Shown here piece by piece: positions 30,557 through 38,020 of a DNA stretch of 64,000 nt. The stretch covers positions 160,001 through 224,000 of IMG/VR virus record IMGVR_UViG_3300010163_000002; one strand, 5' to 3'. Under the pieces are notes generated by a model. That model did no database searches, was not told the DNA's origin, and worked only from the letters and a program-made list of their open reading frames with translations. The translations under genes and the position numbers were made by a program. The first letter of the stretch is position 1. Each line of letters opens with the position of its first letter. The stretch comes from a virus. Taxonomy: Duplodnaviria > Caudoviricetes.

Positions 30557-31855
30557 ATGGCATATGGAATTGTAAATGGTCCTGCAGGAGCATCTAGATC
30601 ATCTGGTGTTTCTGGATCTGGAATAAGTATTGTGCCATTTCAAACTGGCGGATTAACATATAACAGCAAAGAACAATCCCCTGTATGGAGTAATTATGAT
30701 ACCGAAAAGCTTACACTTGGTGGAGTGACTAAGAGTACTAATGCCGGTACATATATTGCTACATTCACTCCTAAGGAAGGTTATACATGGATGGACGGAA
30801 CCACTGGAGCCAAAGAGGCTCCGTGGACCATCGCTAAAGCACCAGGAAATTTGACAGCAGGAAGAACAGATATGATTTTTGATGTTTTTAATTTATCAGA
30901 AACTATAAATATTATATGTGATGGGGATGGAGCCATAAGTGTTAAGGTTATAAATGAAGATATTGCTACAGTTGAACTATTTGGTACAGAATTGACAATA
31001 ACTGCTATAAAGAAGGGTTATACAGGTATTATTTTAAGATCGATGGAAGACGATAATCATACTGTTTCTGAATTTAAAGTAATACACGTGCATTGCGATA
31101 TTCCAAGTAGCGTATTAGAAGAAAATGATATTAAATATATTGTAGATGCGGCAAAATCAGGAACGGCCAAAAATTTCTGGTCTGTGGGCGATACTATTCC
31201 TATACAGTTAGAGTATGGCTACGATGTTGGTTTAGGCGCACATCCGATTATATATGCGTATATAATTGGTTTTAATCATAATCCAGATATTGAAGGAAAT
31301 AATACAATACATTTTCAATTAGGCAAAACTGAAGATGGTACTGATATAGCCATTACAACTACACACTATGGTAGTGGTAGCAGTTCTAGCTCTGGAACTT
31401 TCCATATGATTTTGCAAGGTAGCAATGCAGGGGGGTGGGAAGGAACTAGCTTGAGAAAAAATGATTTAAATAAAACATTTTTTAGCGCATTTCCAACCGA
31501 ATGGCAAAATGCTATGAAAAATTGTCCTAAATATACCAATAATATAGGACAAAAATCTTCATCCGTTTCAGTTACCGAAGATAAATTATGGCTATTATCT
31601 GAATTTGAAGTTTTTGGAGAAATAACTAGATCAACTGAACTAGAACAAAATTTCCAAAAACAATATTCATATTATGCTAATGGTAATAGTAAAATAAAAT
31701 ACAGAAGTAAATCATTAGATACTACTGCTATTTGGTGGTTACGTTCTCCTGCTTTTGCAAGTAGCGGTTTTTGCTGCGTTTTAAATGATGGTTTGCCTGG
31801 CGTAGCACAACAGTACATGGCATATGGATTATCCGCGTGTTTTGCAGTAGGTTAA
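30557..31855 (+). CDS. receptor-binding protein B with Ig-like repeats and DUF6273/C-type-lectin-like C-terminus
   Basis: MAYGIVNGPAGAS N-terminus; LTYN..EQSPVW..NAGTY Ig-like repeat; WSVGD, IIGFNH, DKLWLLSEFEVFG, WWLRSP and GLSACFAV motifs. Confidence 0.75.
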   Translation: MAYGIVNGPAGASRSSGVSGSGISIVPFQTGGLTYNSKEQSPVWSNYDTEKLTLGGVTKSTNAGTYIATFTPKEGYTWMDGTTGAKEAPWTIAKAPGNLTAGRTDMIFDVFNLSETINIICDGDGAISVKVINEDIATVELFGTELTITAIKKGYTGIILRSMEDDNHTVSEFKVIHVHCDIPSSVLEENDIKYIVDAAKSGTAKNFWSVGDTIPIQLEYGYDVGLGAHPIIYAYIIGFNHNPDIEGNNTIHFQLGKTEDGTDIAITTTHYGSGSSSSSGTFHMILQGSNAGGWEGTSLRKNDLNKTFFSAFPTEWQNAMKNCPKYTNNIGQKSSSVSVTEDKLWLLSEFEVFGEITRSTELEQNFQKQYSYYANGNSKIKYRSKSLDTTAIWWLRSPAFASSGFCCVLNDGLPGVAQQYMAYGLSACFAVG

Positions 31856-31870
31856 GAGGAGGGATATAAT

Positions 31871-32278
31871 ATGAACTACATAGTTCATCATAGATTTAAA
31901 GATAAAGGGGCTTGCGGTAAATATTTTAATCTTCCGTACGGAACAAAACTTATTACGGTAGGAGAATTTATTGCAACTACAGATAAGAAAATAATCTGTT
32001 TTCCAACAAGTGAAAACGGTCGTAAATATTTTGCAATCAATGAGGATGGTAAAGGATTAGAGCGCGGGGCTCTGACTTACGCTATTGCGTATCAGCAGAG
32101 AAATGCTGGAAACGGCTTCAGATTTTCAGATGATGAAGCTAAACTAATAAAGGAAAATTATTCTCATTTTCTTAGACAAGATGCTGATGTAATTCTGTTT
32201 AACGACAGTTTCTTCGAAGCTGATGTTAAAGAATTGCAGGCTTTAGCAGATGCTCTTAATATAAAAATTAAGCAATAA
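31871..32278 (+). CDS. conserved hypothetical protein of Clostridial phage tail-tip/DGR loci
   Basis: MNYIVHHRFK..GACG..NLPYGT…SENG..YFA.NEDG.GLERG.LT family pattern, recognised from memory only. Confidence 0.5.
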   Translation: MNYIVHHRFKDKGACGKYFNLPYGTKLITVGEFIATTDKKIICFPTSENGRKYFAINEDGKGLERGALTYAIAYQQRNAGNGFRFSDDEAKLIKENYSHFLRQDADVILFNDSFFEADVKELQALADALNIKIKQ

Positions 32279-32288
32279 TAAAAAAATA

Positions 32289-32361
32289 CAGCCCCATATA
32301 CATTTATTTAAAGCAGCGAGGTTTAATATAAAGCGAAATAATAAATATATATGGGAGGCTG
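32289..32361. promoter_or_regulatory. imperfect inverted repeat covering the recombinase RBS
   Basis: CAGCC-CCATATACATTTATT (32289-32308) pairs with AATAAATATATATGG-GA-GGCTG (32340-32361), with one mismatch and a 2-nt bulge. Confidence 0.55.
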
Positions 32362-32367
32362 AATTTT

Positions 32368-33387
32368 ATGTACGAAAATTTTAAAGCTGAATTTACAGCA
32401 AATTTGAATAATTTGTGTTTTGATCTTGATAGCAATCAGATAGATAGAGTATTATTATCCATGGATAATACTGCAAAGAATTATGATATTTACGAAAAGC
32501 CAGAATCAGAGCTGGAAGTAATGGCCAGAACCAATGGTATCCCTAAATTGGTTTACACGTACTTAGCATGTAAAGGTGCAGAAGGTTTATCAAAGGATAC
32601 TATTTACGGTTATAAAATCTTATTGGAGTTGTTCTTCAAAGATGTACCAAAGAATCCAGATCAGGTTAACGCAAATGATATAAGAGTATTCTTATTCAAT
32701 TACCAAGCCCGTACTGGAATATCTAATAGAACATTAGATAAGTATAGGGAATATGTAATGAGATTCTTTACATGGTGCCATGAGAATGGTGAAATTCCTA
32801 TAAATATTTCTCGTCAGGTTAAACCAATTCATTATGAGACACCACAGAGACAGGCGTTAACCCCATATGAATTGGAAGAGCTTAGATTGGCATGCCATTC
32901 AAGAAGAGATAAAGCCATTATAGAGTTTTTATACTCTACAGCATGTCGAGTATCAGAATTAACTAAAGTTAAGTTTACTGATATTGACTGGAATAACAAT
33001 ACTGTTCATATTATTGGTAAGGGAAGAAAACATCGTATTTCATTCTTAAATCCAAGAGCAAGAATTACTCTTGAACAGTACATCAAATATGAGCGTATGG
33101 GAGATTCTGAATATGTATTCGTATCTCAGAAAGCCCCATACGATCATCTTTCAAAAGAAGCAATAGAGAAAGTAGTACGAACAATTGCCGTTAAAGCTGA
33201 AGGAATCCATAAACATATAACTCCTCATGTTTTGAGACATACTACAGCAACGATAGGATTGCATAACGGAATGTCTATAAATGAATTATCAACTCTTCTT
33301 GGTCATTCTAATATAGAAACTACAATGATTTATGCTAAAACATCTCTTGATGCTGTACAGTCTGCTCATAGTAAATACATTATCTAA
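32368..33387 (+). CDS. XerC/D-like tyrosine recombinase
   Basis: N-terminal SAM-like domain; catalytic R (STACRVSEL), K (GKGRK), HxxR (HVLRH), H (LGHS) and Y (TTMIY) all present. Confidence 0.92.
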   Translation: MYENFKAEFTANLNNLCFDLDSNQIDRVLLSMDNTAKNYDIYEKPESELEVMARTNGIPKLVYTYLACKGAEGLSKDTIYGYKILLELFFKDVPKNPDQVNANDIRVFLFNYQARTGISNRTLDKYREYVMRFFTWCHENGEIPINISRQVKPIHYETPQRQALTPYELEELRLACHSRRDKAIIEFLYSTACRVSELTKVKFTDIDWNNNTVHIIGKGRKHRISFLNPRARITLEQYIKYERMGDSEYVFVSQKAPYDHLSKEAIEKVVRTIAVKAEGIHKHITPHVLRHTTATIGLHNGMSINELSTLLGHSNIETTMIYAKTSLDAVQSAHSKYII

Positions 33388-33479
33388 TTAATGCCATAAA
33401 GAATCAGACATTAATGTAAATTCAGTGATAGTGCTGAATTAACTCAAAAAATAATGTTTTATAGAGGAGGTAACTACAA

Positions 33480-34355
33480 ATGGCAATTAAGAAAGTATTG
33501 CTTACCAAAAAGCTGAACAACACTATTTACGACATCTTCCCGAAGACATCTGCTGATGTTGTAACGTACGGCGACTCTACTGTTGCTGCGGCTCTTGCTG
33601 CATTTGCTACAGATCTTAACAATGTATACAGCAAAACAGATGCGGATGCAAAGACCAAGGCTGCTTGCGATGCTCTGTATAATAAAATCATGGGTATTAC
33701 AGAGGAAGATGGCGCTACAGTAGATCAGGCATACGATACTCTTAAGGAAGTTGCTGCATGGATCGATGAGCATGGTGATGTTGCTGCTGCATTCACTACT
33801 GATATTACAGCTCTTAAGACTGCTGTTGGCGAGGCTCCGGCTGAGGGTAAACCTGGTTCTGGTCTGTTGAAGGCTATGGCTGAGGTAACAGCTAAAGCAG
33901 ATACTAATGCAACAGATATCGAGGCTCTTGAACAGGCAGTAACGGATTTGCAGACTGCTGTTGGAAATGCAAGTGCTGGTCTTGTAAAGACTGTTGCTGA
34001 TCATACTACAGATATTACAGCTCTTAAGACTGCTGTTGGTGAAGAGCCGAATGCCGCTGCTGGTAAGGCTGGTTCTGGTATTCTTAAGAGAGTTGCTGAC
34101 CTTGAAGCCGCTGGAGCAACTAAGGTTGAGAAATCTGATACCAATGGTAACATCAAGGTTAACGGTGTTGAGGTTGAGGTATACAAGCTTCCGTCTACTC
34201 TTGATGCTGCAATTATTAAGGAGAGCGAGGATCGTAAGTTCGTTACTGCGGATCAGCTTGGTATTATCAATAACGCTGCTGCGATCAAAGTTGTTGCCGA
34301 CCAGAGCGCTGTAGATAATGAGAGAGACCTGTTCATGGTTGAGATTACTGCCTAA
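33480..34355 (+). CDS. coiled-coil fibre/decoration structural protein
   Basis: IFPKTSADVV, AYDTLKEVAAWI and KVEKSDTNGNIKVNG motifs; 29-bp exact internal repeat (33801-33829 and 34011-34039); promoter motif at 33407-33418. Confidence 0.6.
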   Translation: MAIKKVLLTKKLNNTIYDIFPKTSADVVTYGDSTVAAALAAFATDLNNVYSKTDADAKTKAACDALYNKIMGITEEDGATVDQAYDTLKEVAAWIDEHGDVAAAFTTDITALKTAVGEAPAEGKPGSGLLKAMAEVTAKADTNATDIEALEQAVTDLQTAVGNASAGLVKTVADHTTDITALKTAVGEEPNAAAGKAGSGILKRVADLEAAGATKVEKSDTNGNIKVNGVEVEVYKLPSTLDAAIIKESEDRKFVTADQLGIINNAAAIKVVADQSAVDNERDLFMVEITA

Positions 34356-34390
34356 TCCGGTCTACCACGAAATGATGTAAATAAATTATA

Positions 34391-34416
34391 GATGGGTGGA
34401 GCAAAATCCGCCCATC
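34391..34416. terminator. intergenic hairpin
   Basis: GATGGGTGGA-gcaaaa-TCCGCCCATC (one G-U pair). Confidence 0.6.
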
Positions 34417-34445
34417 GACTAATTAAAGATTGGAAGGTAGGATAT

Positions 34446-34691
34446 ATGGCAGTAAAAAAGATTGAATTAACAAAGAAAGTAGGTTCTAACAAACACAGTT
34501 ATTACCCGAGGTCAAGCGCTGACGTAATTGTATATGACGAAGTGCTTAATGTTAAGGATATTCTTGATGCTGTCATCGATTCCGTTGAACAAGTCGAAAA
34601 TCGTTTACAGGGTAGAAGTGTCTACATGAAAGACAGCACTGGAAAAATAGTAACTGATGATGCAGGAACTGGGTTGGTAGAGATTCTATAA
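34446..34691 (+). CDS. small structural protein, paralog of the 33480 N-terminus
   Basis: MAVKKIELTKK…YPRSSADVIVY versus MAIKKVLLTKK…FPKTSADVVTY. Confidence 0.6.
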   Translation: MAVKKIELTKKVGSNKHSYYPRSSADVIVYDEVLNVKDILDAVIDSVEQVENRLQGRSVYMKDSTGKIVTDDAGTGLVEIL

Positions 34692-34715
34692 ATCATGTAT
34701 AAACAGATAAATTAT

Positions 34716-34742
34716 ATCCGGAAGGGAATATCCCTTCCGGAT
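34716..34742. terminator. intergenic hairpin
   Basis: ATCCGGAAGGGA-ata-TCCCTTCCGGAT. Confidence 0.75.
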
Positions 34743-34826
34743 GTTCTTATCCATTTTAAGGCAACCTACATAAAGGTAATTATGTATTAATACATAATAA
34801 AATTTTTAAGAAGGAGGACTAAAATT

Positions 34827-35894
34827 ATGATTAGTAATTGTGGTCATGACGAAAATGGCAGATACCATGGTGGAGTTGCAGGTGATCAGACTGGTACAGA
34901 GTGGCAAATCAGATCTTGGTATAACAGACCGTGGAATTGTGTTCTCAGACATCCGGATGCTAATGTAAGAGCTGCCATTTGCAAACTTGCTAAAGATGCT
35001 GCCAACAATAATCATATTGGATACGATCAGTATCAGCGTACTACATTCTGGACTCAGCTTCAGGCTGCTGGCTATGATGCTTCCAAGATTAAGGTAAACT
35101 GTGAGACTGACTGTTCTGCTGGCGTTGCTGCAATTGTAAAGGCTGTAGGATATAAGCTTGATATTACTGCGCTTAAGAATGTAAGTAAAGATATCTATAC
35201 CGGTAATCAGAGACAGGCGCTTCAGGCTGCTGGATTTATGGTATTGACAGAATCCAAATATCTTACATCTGATGCGTATCTGCTTGAGGGGGATATTCTG
35301 CTTAATACAGCAGCACATACGGCTATTAATGTTAGCAACGGCTCTAAGTCGGGAGCAGGATCTTCTAGCTCCGGTGGTTCGTCTGCTGGTAAACCGGCAT
35401 CTTCCGGCACAAGCCTTAGTAAAGTAGTTAAATGGAAGGGTATTGTTAATGCATCTTCCCTTGCTGTTCGTACATGGGCCGGCACTGAGAATGCTAAACT
35501 CAGGGATCTTAAATACGGAACCGAAATTGGTGTATGCGATACTGTAGAAGATAAAGACGGCGATGTATGGTATTATATATTAGAGGGCGGTAAATACGGA
35601 TTCGTATCTGCAGATTATGTAGTTAAGAAGACTGCTACGTCAAGCGTTGGTACTCCGGTAAACACATCTGGCACTCTTAATAAAACATGCAAATGGAAAG
35701 GCAAAGTTACAGCATCTTCCCTTGCTGTTCGTACATGGGCCGGCACTGAGAATAAGAAACTTAGGGATCTTGTCAAAGGGACCGAAGTTGAAGTATGCGA
35801 TGCTATCAAGGCAACTGACGGCTCTACATGGTATTATATCAAAGAGAGCGGAAAGTACGGATTTGTGCATTCTAAATACGTTACGGAAGCATAA
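34827..35894 (+). CDS. endolysin: NlpC/P60-like Cys-His amidase/peptidase plus two SH3b domains
   Basis: GDQTG.EW, GYDQ, DCSA, GDILL and HTAI motifs; two SH3b repeats sharing a 42-bp exact repeat (35451-35492 and 35712-35753); promoter motif at 34767-34778. Confidence 0.85.
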   Translation: MISNCGHDENGRYHGGVAGDQTGTEWQIRSWYNRPWNCVLRHPDANVRAAICKLAKDAANNNHIGYDQYQRTTFWTQLQAAGYDASKIKVNCETDCSAGVAAIVKAVGYKLDITALKNVSKDIYTGNQRQALQAAGFMVLTESKYLTSDAYLLEGDILLNTAAHTAINVSNGSKSGAGSSSSGGSSAGKPASSGTSLSKVVKWKGIVNASSLAVRTWAGTENAKLRDLKYGTEIGVCDTVEDKDGDVWYYILEGGKYGFVSADYVVKKTATSSVGTPVNTSGTLNKTCKWKGKVTASSLAVRTWAGTENKKLRDLVKGTEVEVCDAIKATDGSTWYYIKESGKYGFVHSKYVTEA

Positions 35895-35912
35895 AAAATT
35901 AATACAGAGGTG

Positions 35913-35937
35913 TACGGAGGGGGATTCCCCCTCCGTA
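35913..35937 (+). terminator. intrinsic terminator
   Basis: TACGGAGGGGG-att-CCCCCTCCGTA followed by TATTTTTT. Confidence 0.8.
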
Positions 35938-36121
35938 TATTTTTTCGCCGAGGATAAAATCTATTATTACTTAATTTAAGTTTATCATTAGTGTAATAGC
36001 TAGTTTCATCCCCGACGTAGTAATGTACTCTATATTTTTATCTTATAAGTAATGTAAATGAGTTCACCTCCTTTACAGAAATATAATATACAATTTAAAT
36101 AATTATGCATTGCAAAATGTA

Positions 36122-36146
36122 TCCTCTAGGGAATTTCCCTAGAGGA
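36122..36146. terminator. intergenic hairpin
   Basis: TCCTCTAGGGA-att-TCCCTAGAGGA, just past the stop of the minus-strand protease gene. Confidence 0.75.
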
Positions 36147-36153
36147 ATGATTA

Positions 36154-37527
36154 TTATTTTAATTTAACCTTATCAAAGATCTTATCATACTGATTAAATC
36201 TTGTATTATCTCCCATTGATTTATCTCTTGCATTAGCAATGGAAGCTAATATATTAAAATTCTTTTGATTCATATTTTCTGCTAATAACACGTTCCATGC
36301 TTTATTGGCAAAATCTTTATCTTTAATGCCTTCAGACTTATCAAGAAATTCATCGATTTCTTTTTCGATTCTATCTGCATCTTCTTTTATACGTTTTTTC
36401 ATTGCTGGCTTAAGATCAGATTTATTAAGTTCCTCTCTAAGCATATCAAGCTGTCCTTTAAGTCTAAAATATTCGTATGGATGTTCGTCAAACATTCCAG
36501 CTACTATTCTGGCTATATTATTATTCATTCTGTATATAGTACCTGTTACAGGTATACTAGATAATGCCTTAGATACAGTAAATGGATCTGATTTATATGA
36601 TAATAATTTTGGTATTGCAGATGCTAAAGCTGGGCCATAACCATACATAGATGCAAAGTTATCTGCGATTTGTTCATCCATGTATCTTTTACGTTTTATT
36701 GGCCCAATAACAATTATACCTAATGGGTTTCTTACAGCATCAAATACACTCAATCCGGCAGATATTGCTGAGCATGCTAAGCTTAATAAACCGAGTGATA
36801 ATATATCTACAATTTTGAAAGCCATATCGCCAATACCGTCAAAAATATCTCCTAATGCATTTAGAACACCAACAACTTCCATAAATACCGGAGTCTTTTT
36901 ATTTAAGTATCTTGTAAATCTACCATCTAATCTCATAAATGTATTTGAAGTACTTAGTATATATTCTACTAAATCTAATGGCATCATTTTTCCGGTTAAT
37001 ACCATTATCAATAATGATGGTACAATAAGAATTTTATTATATGTAGTCAATACACTACTATTGTCATTAATAGCCGACTGGAAATTATGACCTATTTCAT
37101 GCAAAAGTATTGCTAATATTTCTTCGTCAGTAAATTCTGCATTAAATATACAGCCTGTGTAAATAGATATAACTGCTGCATATTTAGCTTCATTTTTGTA
37201 CTTAAATCCTTTACTGGTTGCTTCAACCATTTTTGATGGTTTTCTTATATCATATCTCATACTAATTGGCATTGTATATGCATTTACTACTGGCTTATTT
37301 TCTACGGTTAAATCAAGTATATCAAATCCAAAATAATCTTCAATCATTTCCTCGAATTTTATTTTATCTGGATCTGATGATGCTTTTGGCGTATAATTAT
37401 GCCCAATATATTTTGATCTGAATTTGCCGAGTTGTTTTTCTATAGCAACTAATTCAGGAGTTTTACCAAAATATGCTTCATTTAGCGGTATTCTTTTTTG
37501 TATTAAATTCCCATTAAAGAAAATCAT
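36154..37527 (-). CDS. M48-like zinc metallopeptidase
   Basis: VNAYT, EEILAILLHEIGH, EQIADNFA..YG and HP…RL motifs; hydrophobic helical insert. Confidence 0.75.
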   Translation of the reverse strand: MIFFNGNLIQKRIPLNEAYFGKTPELVAIEKQLGKFRSKYIGHNYTPKASSDPDKIKFEEMIEDYFGFDILDLTVENKPVVNAYTMPISMRYDIRKPSKMVEATSKGFKYKNEAKYAAVISIYTGCIFNAEFTDEEILAILLHEIGHNFQSAINDNSSVLTTYNKILIVPSLLIMVLTGKMMPLDLVEYILSTSNTFMRLDGRFTRYLNKKTPVFMEVVGVLNALGDIFDGIGDMAFKIVDILSLGLLSLACSAISAGLSVFDAVRNPLGIIVIGPIKRKRYMDEQIADNFASMYGYGPALASAIPKLLSYKSDPFTVSKALSSIPVTGTIYRMNNNIARIVAGMFDEHPYEYFRLKGQLDMLREELNKSDLKPAMKKRIKEDADRIEKEIDEFLDKSEGIKDKDFANKAWNVLLAENMNQKNFNILASIANARDKSMGDNTRFNQYDKIFDKVKLK

Positions 37528-37572
37528 TGTTTACGAGCTCCTTTGCCATAATATAAATTATTTTATTTAGCG

Positions 37573-37959
37573 CTATTTTATATTTAAAATTTCTTTTAGT
37601 ATGATTTCTTCGCTTTTTAATATTTTTAATTCTGTTTCTTTATACTTTTTATATCTACAATATTCTGACATTTCATAAAAATATTTAGCAAATGTTTTCC
37701 AGAAATATATAGGGTCTGCAGATTTAAATGGTGAATGTTGCGGTAATTTTGTTGGATCTTGATTCCCATTTATTACATCTAATATATACTTTAATGCATC
37801 TTCGTTTCCATGTAAAAATATTGTAGTGCTTGAAACGTATTGTTCTAATTTTGGTAATGATGTATCTTTTTCTAATTTAGAAATTCTTTGTTGCACATTT
37901 TTAAGTTTTGCTAGATTTTTCTTTTCATTTTTATCTTTAAATAAGTTTAAAATATGCAT
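37573..37959 (-). CDS. hypothetical protein
   Basis: Probable start MHILNLF at 37959 after GGAGA; basic coiled-coil ends. Confidence 0.55.
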   Translation of the reverse strand: MHILNLFKDKNEKKNLAKLKNVQQRISKLEKDTSLPKLEQYVSSTTIFLHGNEDALKYILDVINGNQDPTKLPQHSPFKSADPIYFWKTFAKYFYEMSEYCRYKKYKETELKILKSEEIILKEILNIK

Positions 37960-37985
37960 AATATATCTCCATAATATAAAATTTA

Positions 37986-38012
37986 GCCCATAAGCCATAA
38001 AGACTTATGGGC
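37986..38012. terminator. hairpin after the RNA polymerase gene
   Basis: GCCCATAAG-ccataaaga-CTTATGGGC. Confidence 0.6.
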
Positions 38013-38020
38013 ATCTGTTT

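Noticed and set aside
23772-33387. Classical invertible shufflon or an integrated prophage
   Set aside because: All cassette genes are on one strand. I found no repeated inverted crossover sites, no long att duplication, and no repressor or capsid genes.
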